Source of the DNA: a virus
Taxonomy: Duplodnaviria; Caudoviricetes
Length of the DNA stretch: 64,000 nt
Strand: one strand, 5' to 3'
Virus record (IMG/VR): IMGVR_UViG_3300031555_002578
The notes beneath the pieces were generated by a model. That model searched no databases. It was given only the letters and a program-made list of their open reading frames with translations, and had not been told where the DNA came from. The position numbers and the translations under genes are program-made. This document shows, piece by piece, positions 9,791 through 19,312 of the stretch. How positions within the stretch are numbered: position 1 is the first letter of the stretch; every line of letters starts with the position of its first letter.

Positions 9791-9793
9791 TAT

Positions 9794-9836
9794 AAAATAA
9801 TAAAAATAGAATAGCCCATCTTTGAACGATGGGCTA
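9794..9836 (-). terminator. terminator of the 9878-10117 gene
   Basis: tagcccatc/gatgggcta stem; the A-rich flank reads as a U tract on the - strand. Confidence 0.7.
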
Positions 9837-9877
9837 ACTCTACCGCTTGGAATTAGAAGTAATTTTTTGTGGTATAC

Positions 9878-10117
9878 TCATTCCATATTATCGATGATTT
9901 CTTTGGCTTTGTCAAGCGTGATATCTTTCTTTTGGATAGTTTCAACGAGTAAATTAATTTTTTCTTTTTGAAGTTCTTCCTCATATTCTTTCTTTTGTTT
10001 TCTTAAATTTGCAAGTGTTTCTTCACTCTGCTCAATAGAGATTTCTAATTCAGAAATCGCAGAATTGATGTTATAAATTTTTTGTTCTGTTGATAATTCT
10101 CTAGGTTTTCTTGCCAT
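9878..10117 (-). CDS. small coiled-coil protein, monocistronic, beside attP
   Basis: Strong RBS aggaggt; basic MARKPR N-terminus and heptad repeats; own terminator. Confidence 0.7.
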   Translation of the reverse strand: MARKPRELSTEQKIYNINSAISELEISIEQSEETLANLRKQKKEYEEELQKEKINLLVETIQKKDITLDKAKEIIDNME

Positions 10118-10339
10118 AGTATTACCTCCTATTTATAACTATGATATACTTTTATTGAATCATTTTCAATCATTTTTGTATGAAAATGATTGACAGTAAA
10201 ATTCAATAATATACAAATTCTATTCAATAGATAAAAATATAACAATCAATTACTTCAAAAAGATAACTTTAAATATTTTTGTTTGTTTTCAGACCATCAA
10301 GGAGTAAAATTATAAGCAACACTTTAACCATTCTTCTAG

Positions 10340-10621
10340 TGGTGTCAAATTGGTGTAAATTAAAAAGATTTAAGGATTTTATGTGCCACAAATGCTTTAA
10401 AATCAACGTTTGTAGATTATCCAACCTTTTTTAACGAAAAACCAACCCACTATGACAATTTTTTTACAAAATCCTACCATGTAAGACTTAGGATGTCAGT
10501 TTTCCTTGATTTTTCGGGCTTTGTAGGAATTGATGATTTTAAACATTGATGTGGGACTTTTATTTTTCTTTGTATATTTTGGCACTGTTTGGTATGAATT
10601 TGGTGTAAATTTGGTGTAATT
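10340..10621. other. putative attP with integrase arm-type sites
   Basis: TGGTGTAAAT-like direct repeats at 11-bp period: two at 10340-10360 and three at 10590-10621, immediately downstream of int. Confidence 0.65.
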
Positions 10622-10636
10622 TAGCCAGACCAAATT

Positions 10637-11809
10637 TTATTCAATCTGGCTAATACGTTCCATTTCGTTAATTGCTAAACTACCATTCCAGTGTGTATAA
10701 ATATCCATAGTAGTTGCAATTTTTGCATGTCCCATAATATACTGCAAAGAACTAGAACTAAGTCCCTTCTCTGCCATTCTAGTACAAAACGTATGTCTTA
10801 AACTGTGTGGGCTGAGATGAGGAATTTGTTCTTTGTGTTCTTTATTGTATCTGTTGATGGCAGAATTTAATTCATATCTAACCATAGAGTTAGTTACAAT
10901 TCTCCATTTCTTATTTGATGTTAGAAGAAACTTTGTATAACCATTAATGATAGGTTCTACTGTTGTATTCTTGCTCCTTCTTTCAATCAAATTAAGAAAA
11001 GAATCGTATGCTCTGTCGGTGATATAAATATCTCTAATGCTTGTGCCTGTCTTAGTGGAAGTGATTTGCCACATTTCAGATTTTTCATTATAATTCTTGC
11101 CTAGTTGGTGGTCAATGTGAATAACTCTATTCTTTAAATCAATGTTATCTAAAGTTAATCCACATAATTCCCCTATTCTTAAACCTGTTTCTAACAGTAT
11201 GATAATAACATCATAGAGCCAATCACTTTTAGATGTTTCCTTGATATATTTAAGGAATTTTGCTTCTTGTTCTTCTGTAAGAATGTTCTTATCAAGATTT
11301 TCATTTGGTAAGAAGTTCAAACTTATATTACAAGGATTTTTCCTAATCAAATCATCATCTACTGCGATTTGGATTGCTAGTTTTAAGATGTTAAGATAGG
11401 TTCTCAGACTACTTTTTTTGATGCCACTTTCGTTCATGCTTATCATTAACTGTTTAACATGGGACACTCTCACATCTTTTATTTTCATCTGAGATAAAGG
11501 ATATGTCTTTAATTTGTTGACATTATATACTTTCATAGCCCTAGTAGAATCTTTCCATTTAGGGTTACTCTTTAGATAGTTGTCAAGCAATTCAGACACA
11601 GTGATTTTACCACCAGATACAACGATACCATCCTCTAAATCTTTTTTAATTTTTTGTTCTTTTTGTCTTAGTTCTGCTAATGTTGGAGCGTATATGCACT
11701 GTCTTACACCAAAGATATCAGTGTATCTATACATATATCTCCCGTCTTTACGTTGGCTTTCGCCACTGTACAATACTCGTTTATTACTATCCTTACGCTT
11801 TTCAGCCAT
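10637..11809 (-). CDS. int: tyrosine integrase, Tn916 Int family
   Basis: N-terminal arm-binding domain MAEKRKD...GESQRKDGRY; catalytic TGLRIGE, HSLRHT, MGH, Y; RBS ggagg at 11816-11820. Confidence 0.92.
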   Translation of the reverse strand: MAEKRKDSNKRVLYSGESQRKDGRYMYRYTDIFGVRQCIYAPTLAELRQKEQKIKKDLEDGIVVSGGKITVSELLDNYLKSNPKWKDSTRAMKVYNVNKLKTYPLSQMKIKDVRVSHVKQLMISMNESGIKKSSLRTYLNILKLAIQIAVDDDLIRKNPCNISLNFLPNENLDKNILTEEQEAKFLKYIKETSKSDWLYDVIIILLETGLRIGELCGLTLDNIDLKNRVIHIDHQLGKNYNEKSEMWQITSTKTGTSIRDIYITDRAYDSFLNLIERRSKNTTVEPIINGYTKFLLTSNKKWRIVTNSMVRYELNSAINRYNKEHKEQIPHLSPHSLRHTFCTRMAEKGLSSSSLQYIMGHAKIATTMDIYTHWNGSLAINEMERISQIE

Positions 11810-11875
11810 TAAAACCCTCCTTTGCGAAGAATGGTTGCAAAAAGAGGTCATTTACTGTGCTTAATGGTCATGTCC

Positions 11876-11904
11876 ATTATATCACATAAAGACCTCTTTG
11901 GCAA
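11876..11904 (-). promoter_or_regulatory. sigmaA promoter of int (extended -10)
   Basis: TTGCCA-17 nt-TATAAT with TG before the -10, on the - strand. Confidence 0.7.
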
Positions 11905-11913
11905 TTTTGTGTT

Positions 11914-12120
11914 TTAAATTACATTCATAGAATCAATTACTTTTTCAAATTTTTCACGTTTAATTAATGTCTTGTTACCATTATGGATTACATAATCTGC
12001 TAATGGGTTTTTTCTAATAAATTCTCTTAATCTTTTATTGCCTATATTGAAATAGATACTTGCTTCTTCTATGGTAAGCAAATACTTTTCCCAGATAGGA
12101 ATATCTTTGTTATCTGACAT
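11914..12120 (-). CDS. xis: excisionase, Tn916 Xis family
   Basis: IPIWEKYLLTIEEASIYFNIG...NG.K.LIKR.KFE signature. Confidence 0.9.
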   Translation of the reverse strand: MSDNKDIPIWEKYLLTIEEASIYFNIGNKRLREFIRKNPLADYVIHNGNKTLIKREKFEKVIDSMNVI

Positions 12121-12125
12121 TTATA

Positions 12126-12641
12126 TCACTGCTTTCCTGTAGAGCCAAAGCCACCGTTTCTAACGCCATCTGCATTGTCATCGTATGTAATACCAAATTC
12201 ATTAAATAAGCCCTGTGCAATGCCATCACCTTTTTTAACTTCCAATGTTTTGTCGTTTCTACTATCATTAGTCATTTTAAAGAAGATGTGACCTTCATTG
12301 TCAGAGTTATAATAGTCGCTATCAATAATACCTGTTGTATTATCTAATTGCAGACGATATTTTGTACCCAGACCACTTCTGGGGTAACATTTTAGTACCC
12401 AACCTTCATCAATTTTAACTCTAATACCTGTAGGAATTTTAATAGAATGTCCTGCATTTAGTTCAAATTCATAAGGGGAACTGAAGTCGTATCCTGCACT
12501 ACCAATTGTTTTTCTGATTGGTAGTTTAATAGCATCGTAAGTTTTTTTAATATCTTCTTCATACCAATCACCAAAAGTATCAATATAATCTTTTCTAAAT
12601 TGTTCGTAGGATACTTTTTCAAATTTTGCAATTCTTTTCAT
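12126..12641 (-). CDS. dut: trimeric dUTPase
   Basis: SAGYD, PRSGLG, GIIDSDY and RNGGFGSTG motifs. Confidence 0.93.
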   Translation of the reverse strand: MKRIAKFEKVSYEQFRKDYIDTFGDWYEEDIKKTYDAIKLPIRKTIGSAGYDFSSPYEFELNAGHSIKIPTGIRVKIDEGWVLKCYPRSGLGTKYRLQLDNTTGIIDSDYYNSDNEGHIFFKMTNDSRNDKTLEVKKGDGIAQGLFNEFGITYDDNADGVRNGGFGSTGKQ

Positions 12642-12859
12642 TCATTTGTCTCCTTTAAATAATCATAAAAATTTACTCCAGTGGGAACAGATATTTCATC
12701 AATTTTTGATTGTATGTATGCTTGTTCTTCTGGTGTTGCATCTCTCATATCTTCAACTGGATGAAGCACCCCTTTATCAATTAAAATTGCTTCAAGGAGT
12801 GCGTATTTTATTTCTTTATAGTGTTTAGATTCTTTTTGTTCTTTAGTTATTTCTTTCAT
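12638..12859 (-). CDS. hypothetical protein
   Basis: ORF packed in the operon with overlapping start/stop. Confidence 0.5.
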   Translation of the reverse strand: MKEITKEQKESKHYKEIKYALLEAILIDKGVLHPVEDMRDATPEEQAYIQSKIDEISVPTGVNFYDYLKETNE

Positions 12860-13406
12860 GATTTATTTTATTTAAAATTAAATTGCCAATAATAGGAACT
12901 GTACTTTCTGTGCCATCAAGTCTTATGTATGGCATATCAATCATATCTAAATATTCTTTAAACATTTTATCAAACTCTTTTGCTTGTTCTTCTGTTTCAT
13001 TTCTACCATTTGGATTAAATGGTTTTACTCTATTTAGTAGAATATTGAAGTTATTATATGAATGAAATGTTTCTCTAATTAAGTATTCATAAGCAGTGTT
13101 CCATACTACTTTATTTGGATTGCCATATATTCTATTATAAACAACTGACATAATTAGAGGTCTGTCTGTAACGATTACATCTACTTTGCCATTACATCTA
13201 AATAATCTGTGATTTTGTTTTGCAAAGATATAAAGTTCATCTTTAAATGTTTCTTTTCTTTCTTCCCAAACTAATTCTTTGGCAAATTCAGAACACATTT
13301 CACAGTCAACATTATGCCATTTTAGCCAAGCAAATAAGTTAGCCATGATAGTAGATTTGCCAGTCCCTTGACCACCAATTAGATTTACTACTAATGTGTT
13401 TTTCAT
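12843..13406 (-). CDS. P-loop nucleotide kinase (NadR/AAA_28-like)
   Basis: GGQGTGKST Walker A, EFAKE, VTDRP, GRNETEE. Confidence 0.7.
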   Translation of the reverse strand: MKNTLVVNLIGGQGTGKSTIMANLFAWLKWHNVDCEMCSEFAKELVWEERKETFKDELYIFAKQNHRLFRCNGKVDVIVTDRPLIMSVVYNRIYGNPNKVVWNTAYEYLIRETFHSYNNFNILLNRVKPFNPNGRNETEEQAKEFDKMFKEYLDMIDMPYIRLDGTESTVPIIGNLILNKINHERNN

Positions 13407-13420
13407 CTAAAATACCTCAT

Positions 13421-14275
13421 TCACTGGGAATTTTCTTGCACTAAATATGCATCAAATGTGTTCTGCATTAAAGATAATCTTGTCCATAAACCACTGCTAC
13501 CAATTACAGGAGTACACCAGTTTGTTACTTCTTTTACAGAATTAACATCAACATCTCCAATCATTTTACCGTTGGAATCAAAGTCAAAACCAACATTAAT
13601 TACTGTAGTATATTCATTCTTAATGTAGTCTGAATTAATCATATTACCTTTACCAACAGCACTTACAATTAGGTCAGCAGATAAACAAATCTCTTTTAGA
13701 TTTTTAGTTTTAGAGTGGCATACTGTGACAGTACAATCTTTGTCAAGAAGCATATCAAACAGTGGTCTGCCAACTAATTCACTGCGTCCAACAATGACTG
13801 CATGTTTACCTTTAAACCAATTTTTACCTTTAGAATATGTTAGATAATTAACTACTCCTAAAGGAGTACAAGCATAATGTTCACTGTCATTTTTAAATCC
13901 ATCAACATCTTTTTCAGGTGGAATAAATTTGATTACATTATGGAAATTAGAATCAATATCAAGATTTGTTGGTTTCTGAATAATACAAGCGTGGTAATTT
14001 TTAATTTCTGCTTTTAAGAAATTAATCATTTCTTCACAGGTAATATTGACAGGAAATTTCATTAAAGTTGCTTCAATGCCTACCTCATTTGCATCGGAAA
14101 TTTTACCCTTTACATATCTGTTTGAAGCAGGATTATCTCCTACTTGAATGATTAAAAGTCTTGGTCTAACATGACCTTTTGCAATTTGTTCATCAATATT
14201 TCTCTTTAATCTTTCTTTGTTTTCTTTGATGTATTCTGCAATATGTTCTTTGGTACAAAATTCAAATTCACTCAT
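13421..14275 (-). CDS. folD: methylenetetrahydrofolate dehydrogenase/cyclohydrolase
   Basis: VGDNPASxxYVxxK, Q.P, KDVDG, CTP.G, GRSELVGRP, TVTVCHSKT, GDVD. Confidence 0.9.
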   Translation of the reverse strand: MSEFEFCTKEHIAEYIKENKERLKRNIDEQIAKGHVRPRLLIIQVGDNPASNRYVKGKISDANEVGIEATLMKFPVNITCEEMINFLKAEIKNYHACIIQKPTNLDIDSNFHNVIKFIPPEKDVDGFKNDSEHYACTPLGVVNYLTYSKGKNWFKGKHAVIVGRSELVGRPLFDMLLDKDCTVTVCHSKTKNLKEICLSADLIVSAVGKGNMINSDYIKNEYTTVINVGFDFDSNGKMIGDVDVNSVKEVTNWCTPVIGSSGLWTRLSLMQNTFDAYLVQENSQ

Positions 14276-14276
14276 T

Positions 14277-14582
14277 TTATTTCACCTTTTTCTGAAAATA
14301 TTTGATAATTAAATTTGTAATAAATAGACCAACTGCTACACCAACAATTAGTCCAATTACTGTATAAATCCAAGTATCACCAATAGAAATGCTTAAAGTT
14401 TGTACGATATCACAGACAAGAAATGTTAGAGCAACTAAACAAATACAGTCATCAATATGTCTAATTGTTTCAAGTTTTTCTAGTTTTTCTTTGTCAATCA
14501 TACTTCTTAAAGTAGCATTTTCAATGATAAAAATGAGTGTAAGAATTGGAATTAACAGTGCAGGAATGTCCATAAAATTCAT
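14277..14582 (-). CDS. membrane protein
   Basis: Three hydrophobic segments. Confidence 0.5.
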   Translation of the reverse strand: MNFMDIPALLIPILTLIFIIENATLRSMIDKEKLEKLETIRHIDDCICLVALTFLVCDIVQTLSISIGDTWIYTVIGLIVGVAVGLFITNLIIKYFQKKVK

Positions 14583-14764
14583 TTTTTATCACCTTCTTTA
14601 TCCCTGATAAATACTTGATGGTCAAGTACCTTTACATCGTCATAAATCAATAGTCTATCTGTAATTTTCTTTCCATTTTCATTAATATAATATTCTTCAT
14701 ATTTATCTTCTTCTTCTACAATTCTTGTAACTTGAATTGTGTCAATGATTGTAAATTCTTTCAT
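14579..14764 (-). CDS. hypothetical protein
   Basis: RBS gagg; packed in operon. Confidence 0.5.
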   Translation of the reverse strand: MKEFTIIDTIQVTRIVEEEDKYEEYYINENGKKITDRLLIYDDVKVLDHQVFIRDKEGDKK

Positions 14765-14776
14765 TTTTTATCATCC

Positions 14777-15151
14777 TCATAAAATTGTTTTCATTGCTTC
14801 TTTAACTATAATTTCGACATTTGTTTTGAAAGTTTTCTCGTTAATTTCTTGGAAACTATCAAATTCATCTACCCAATAATAGTCTTCTTCAATATGAAAA
14901 TCTTTAATTTCTTTATAAATATCTTTATCAGTATCAAATGTAATACAAATTACTTTTTCTCCATTTAGTTTGATTGGTTTAATCCATACTTCTAAATCTG
15001 GAGCATAAAAATATTTATTTCTAATGTTCTTATTGAATTTATACTGAGTAACTTTTCTAATTAATGCAGTTTCTTCATTTCCTAATTCAGAAATCTTTTC
15101 TCTAACTTTTTTTAATTGATTTTGTTTTGCTTTATATTCTTGGTCTGTCAT
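14777..15151 (-). CDS. hypothetical protein with N-terminal coiled coil
   Basis: RBS gaggg; architecture similar to 20112-20528. Confidence 0.5.
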   Translation of the reverse strand: MTDQEYKAKQNQLKKVREKISELGNEETALIRKVTQYKFNKNIRNKYFYAPDLEVWIKPIKLNGEKVICITFDTDKDIYKEIKDFHIEEDYYWVDEFDSFQEINEKTFKTNVEIIVKEAMKTIL

Positions 15152-15321
15152 TGTTTATCCCTCATATATTCATTTTCTAAAATTGCTGTAGATGCCCAAA
15201 CAATAGCAGTAGCAATAATAACAATATATCCTTTAGTGCCAACATTGTAATTATCTAAAAATGTCAAACATCCAAACATAGAAAGAATTTGAATTATACT
15301 AGCAACAATAATATTCTTCAT
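15148..15321 (-). CDS. 57-aa two-TM membrane protein (not in the ORF track)
   Basis: MKNIIVASIIQ...EYMRDKQ; RBS gaggtga; stop overlaps next ATG. Confidence 0.55.
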   Translation of the reverse strand: MKNIIVASIIQILSMFGCLTFLDNYNVGTKGYIVIIATAIVWASTAILENEYMRDKQ

Positions 15322-15330
15322 AACTTCACC

Positions 15331-16080
15331 TCACTTGATTGGTTCAATCATTGTATAACAAGGCATGGGCTGTAGTTTAAATAGATTCTTATTATGTTTT
15401 GCGTCAATCAATCCTTTTACATAAGGGTCATCAATTTCACCAGTACGGATATATCTATCTAATACTTCATATGTAAAACCAAGATTGTCTTCATCTGATT
15501 TTCCAGTTAAACCATCAGAAGGTGTTTTTTCAACTAACATTCTAGGAAGACCTAATGCATGTCCAATTTCTTTAACTTCTGTTTTAGTGAGATTGGATAA
15601 AGGACTAAAATCACCAACTGAATCTCCATATCTGGTACTATACCCTACCCAGTCTTCAGATAGATTACAGGTATTTGCAACTCTACCATTAACAGACTGT
15701 GAAATGGCATATAGTGTTGCCATTCTAATTCTAGGTGGAAGATTTACGGATGTTTGGAGTGAAGGAAACAGTCTATTTTTATTAGCCATTTCTGCAAGAA
15801 TAGCAGTTACAGATTCTTTGATGTTAACTACCATAGAATTAATTTGAAGATGTTGCACTAACATTTCTGCATAAGCAATATCTCCTTGTTCTCCATTTGG
15901 CATTAAAACACCAATTACTCTATCTTTGCCAAGTGCTTCAACACATAGAGAAGCAACAACTGAAGAATCAGTCCCACCACTAATGCCAATTACGGCTTTG
16001 CAATTTTTACCATTTTTATTGAAGAAATCCTGAATCCAATATATGATTTCGTTTTTTATTTTTTCAGCATTAAATTTCAT
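15331..16080 (-). CDS. nadE: NH3-dependent NAD+ synthetase
   Basis: GISGGTDS, N..PRIRM, TCNLSE..VGYSTRYGD, KTPSDGL, DEDNLG. Confidence 0.92.
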   Translation of the reverse strand: MKFNAEKIKNEIIYWIQDFFNKNGKNCKAVIGISGGTDSSVVASLCVEALGKDRVIGVLMPNGEQGDIAYAEMLVQHLQINSMVVNIKESVTAILAEMANKNRLFPSLQTSVNLPPRIRMATLYAISQSVNGRVANTCNLSEDWVGYSTRYGDSVGDFSPLSNLTKTEVKEIGHALGLPRMLVEKTPSDGLTGKSDEDNLGFTYEVLDRYIRTGEIDDPYVKGLIDAKHNKNLFKLQPMPCYTMIEPIK

Positions 16081-16562
16081 CCTTTATCAAACCTCCATAG
16101 TTCAACTTCAAAGTTTGTAAAAATTTCATCAATCATGTGATATACTTCGCCCCAGTTTGCTCCACCTCTAGCACAAGAGATTTTCCAAGGCATTGCAATT
16201 TTAGCATTGTGTAGCAATCCGTGTTCACACTCTAATACATTACGAATTGAGATAAAGCAAGATTTTAGTGCTTCTATAGAAGTATATTTTTTGCCATCAT
16301 AGCCATAATTATTTTGAGCAAATAAATTACAAATAAATTGTGTTTTATCTGAGTTTGTAGGAATTAGTTGAATAGTACCTAATAAATATTTTGTGCAATC
16401 TTTAAATTCGTCACACATTTTTTTATATTCTGTATATGCTTCTGGATATTTATTTTTTACTTGTAATGCTACTCCACTACCCATCTTCCCTTGACAATTA
16501 ACTTGATGACAGATAATTTTTGCATCGGAATTAAATAAATCCCCGTCAATAATTTTAATCAA
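16077..16562 (-). CDS. macrodomain ADP-ribose hydrolase (Poa1p/DarG-like)
   Basis: GDLF...HQVNCQGKMGSGVA, NLFAQ, AMP.KI.C..GG..W. Confidence 0.85.
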   Translation of the reverse strand: MIKIIDGDLFNSDAKIICHQVNCQGKMGSGVALQVKNKYPEAYTEYKKMCDEFKDCTKYLLGTIQLIPTNSDKTQFICNLFAQNNYGYDGKKYTSIEALKSCFISIRNVLECEHGLLHNAKIAMPWKISCARGGANWGEVYHMIDEIFTNFEVELWRFDKG

Positions 16563-17038
16563 TTTAATCCCTCCAAAAATTTTATAATTTCGTCTAGGCT
16601 ATAATCCATGTCCAAAATTTCAAATACTGAAAGTCCGCATTTGCGTAATTCTTCAATATTTTCTTCATATCTATCTTTTGCATTCATTAGTGCTTTGTAG
16701 TCTTTATCAAGACCAGTTTGGCTATATCTATCTTCAAGTTTTTTAATCCACTCATCTTTTAGTTCTATAGATGGATAAATAATAAATACATCTTCTTTAG
16801 ATTTTTTCAATTCATTTCTTACTACTTTATGAGAGGATGTGAAAACAATGTATCCTTGTTCAGATAAATGATTTGCAATATTGCAGTATGGAATATACCA
16901 ATTAGCATGTCTGGTCTTAAAATATGTTTCATTATCATAAGTATCATGAAACCAGAAATTACCACTTTCTAAATCAATACATTTGTTTTTACCTGCAAGA
17001 GTACTTTTGCCAATTCCTTGATAACCAATAATAATCAT
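16559..17038 (-). CDS. small P-loop kinase/ATPase
   Basis: GYQGIGKST, IDLES. Confidence 0.6.
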   Translation of the reverse strand: MIIIGYQGIGKSTLAGKNKCIDLESGNFWFHDTYDNETYFKTRHANWYIPYCNIANHLSEQGYIVFTSSHKVVRNELKKSKEDVFIIYPSIELKDEWIKKLEDRYSQTGLDKDYKALMNAKDRYEENIEELRKCGLSVFEILDMDYSLDEIIKFLEGLN

Positions 17039-18519
17039 TAGAAATTACCTCCATGTAGAATATTTCTGATTCCAAACAAAGATTGTTCTCTCAACATTGT
17101 GCTATTTCTAAAAATTGGCTGAAGAAGATTATCTTCTGGAATAGTGTCTTTTGTATATTCATCTTTATATTTTAGTTCGCCATTTTCTTCATATACATAA
17201 CATAAGCCTTTTTGTGATTTTTTAAAGTTATTACCTTTAACTTTATCTGTTTTAGGGTCTTTAAAAATAAAAATTTCTTTATCGTTTACAACACCATATG
17301 TACTTTTAATTGCTACAGAGAATGTATCACGAGTAATAGGTTTAAGAATGCCATCTTCTTCAATACAATTAAAACTAAAACTACCTGCACCAAATACAAT
17401 ACAGTTAGATGCATAACCTTTTTCCATTAAGATAGAATAGATTTTTTCTGCTCTGCTTTGTGTTACTCCATCCCCATATACACAACCAATGTGAGGGTCT
17501 AATACTTTATAGCCCTTAGAGTTAACACCATAAGGAAATAGTTCATAAAGTTTTTCAACTGTTTTTACAGCAATTTCTACAATATCACCACTGTCAGGGC
17601 GAATTAGTAATTTGCCATTATGATTCATAATTTCTTCTCTACACTGAGGAAGTAGATTTTCAATTAAATTAAATAAATCATATGTATCAGAAACCATACT
17701 AAAACTTGCATTAGGATAAATTTCTGTTAGTAATCTTTTAATCATAGTGATTTCATCACCATCTATAGTGTAATTAGATGCCATAACAGAATGTTCTGTA
17801 CTAATCGCATTTTTGGCAAAAGGTTCTGTTATGTTATCGCAGTTGTAATTATATTCAATGTATGGAATAGCAGGAATTGTTGCTGTACCAGAAAAAGAAG
17901 TCAACCAAGCAGAAGATGCTTTAATTGCTTCTTGCATACAACTCATACCTCTGAAACCAAAATCAGAAATTGCACTACTATGAGGAATATCATCATCTAC
18001 AGTTAAATCATAATATTTATCAACGATTTGTCTGTAACTATATCCTACGTTTGCATGAACACAAGGTTTCCAGATTTCACTACTCATAAGAGATTCAACC
18101 CATTGTACTAGCCAAGCAAAATCATCATGGGTATTTGTAATTGCAATACAAGGTACATGCATAGGAACTTTAGCACCTTCTGGCAATGCAGAAATTTCTA
18201 ATGGTAAATATCCAAGTCTATGTAATTTACGAATTTTTTCAATATCATAGTTTCCTTCACCAAGCATAGAATCAATTACTCTTTTGTATTCAGAGACAAC
18301 ATCTTCTTCTGCAAGATTAAAGAAATTTTCGTTAAAATAATTGATTAAATATGTTTTACAAAATGCCTGTAAACCAAATAGCACCATTTCATTTTGTGTA
18401 TTTAATCTACTCATTCTTGGTGTAAGATAAGATACAAGTTTTGTTGTGCCTACTGGATATTGTTCTGCATGACAGTGCTTATATCCATCGGCAAGAATTA
18501 AAGCCATAATATTATGCAT
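17038..18519 (-). CDS. NAMPT-fold phosphoribosyl/ADP-ribosyl transferase (Namat-like), probably nicotinate-preferring
   Basis: DGYK..H..QYP, DFGFRG, TEHSVM, VSDTYD, IRPDSGD, YGDG, FGAGS, KKSQKG; GTAT replaces GTDT. Confidence 0.88.
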   Translation of the reverse strand: MHNIMALILADGYKHCHAEQYPVGTTKLVSYLTPRMSRLNTQNEMVLFGLQAFCKTYLINYFNENFFNLAEEDVVSEYKRVIDSMLGEGNYDIEKIRKLHRLGYLPLEISALPEGAKVPMHVPCIAITNTHDDFAWLVQWVESLMSSEIWKPCVHANVGYSYRQIVDKYYDLTVDDDIPHSSAISDFGFRGMSCMQEAIKASSAWLTSFSGTATIPAIPYIEYNYNCDNITEPFAKNAISTEHSVMASNYTIDGDEITMIKRLLTEIYPNASFSMVSDTYDLFNLIENLLPQCREEIMNHNGKLLIRPDSGDIVEIAVKTVEKLYELFPYGVNSKGYKVLDPHIGCVYGDGVTQSRAEKIYSILMEKGYASNCIVFGAGSFSFNCIEEDGILKPITRDTFSVAIKSTYGVVNDKEIFIFKDPKTDKVKGNNFKKSQKGLCYVYEENGELKYKDEYTKDTIPEDNLLQPIFRNSTMLREQSLFGIRNILHGGNF

Positions 18520-19306
18520 AATTTAACACCTCGATTTTTTCATGTTCTTTAGTAAAGATGCTGTTTGTAGTGAATACTTTTTCAATTAATCCACTATTAA
18601 GCAAATCTCCTTCAAGAATTGTATTTTCACAATGAGAAATATAAAGATAAATATTGTTAGCACCAAGTTCTTTTAATTTTTTAGCACTGTGATAGAAAGT
18701 ACCACCTCTACTGCAAATGTCATCAACAATAAGAATATTTTTACCTTTAATATCTTCTTGGCTAATTACATCCAATCCTTTGATTTCTCCAGTTCCCCAA
18801 TCACGTTTTTTCATACCAAACGAATAAGGAATACCAAACATAGATGAGTAACGCTTCATTGCTCCTTCATCTGGATAAAACATCATATCTATATCGTCTA
18901 ATTTTTGTTCGATTAATGCATCTACAATATCTTTAGGAGTTTCTACTTTAATATTATTGATAAGTGCTTCACTCACATAAGAATGAGGGTCTAACACAGT
19001 AACCCAATTGAAATTTAAAGAATTAATAATTTGTGCGAAATATTTTAATGTAAATACATCTTCTAATGTTTTAACTCTGTCTTGACGAGCATTTGGAATA
19101 TAAGGCATTTTTAAATTAATATCTTTTACATTATGAGCGTGAAGATGTTCTACTAAAAATATTAGAGCCAAAAGTTCTTCGTTATTTTCAAACAACCATG
19201 TAATACTAACTCCATGATGATATACTGGAACAATATTTTTCTTAATTAAAAAAGTACCATCTGGAAATTTGTCAATTTTCACAGGATGGTTGTTAATTTT
19301 AATCAT
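18512..19306 (-). CDS. PRPP-synthetase-like pyrophosphokinase (Adps-like)
   Basis: FPDG, MPYIPNARQDR, DPHS, PDEGA, KKRD, VDDICSRGGTF. Confidence 0.88.
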   Translation of the reverse strand: MIKINNHPVKIDKFPDGTFLIKKNIVPVYHHGVSITWLFENNEELLALIFLVEHLHAHNVKDINLKMPYIPNARQDRVKTLEDVFTLKYFAQIINSLNFNWVTVLDPHSYVSEALINNIKVETPKDIVDALIEQKLDDIDMMFYPDEGAMKRYSSMFGIPYSFGMKKRDWGTGEIKGLDVISQEDIKGKNILIVDDICSRGGTFYHSAKKLKELGANNIYLYISHCENTILEGDLLNSGLIEKVFTTNSIFTKEHEKIEVLNYA

Positions 19307-19312
19307 ATATAA

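Noticed and set aside
10403-10470. Hydrophobic reading frame (IVIVGWFFVKKGW) in attP as a duplicated host gene end
   Set aside because: No start or RBS, and it cannot be assigned without a host genome search.
10637-12120. Tn916-like conjugative element
   Set aside because: No relaxase, coupling protein or type IV secretion genes; both flanks are phage tail and replication genes.
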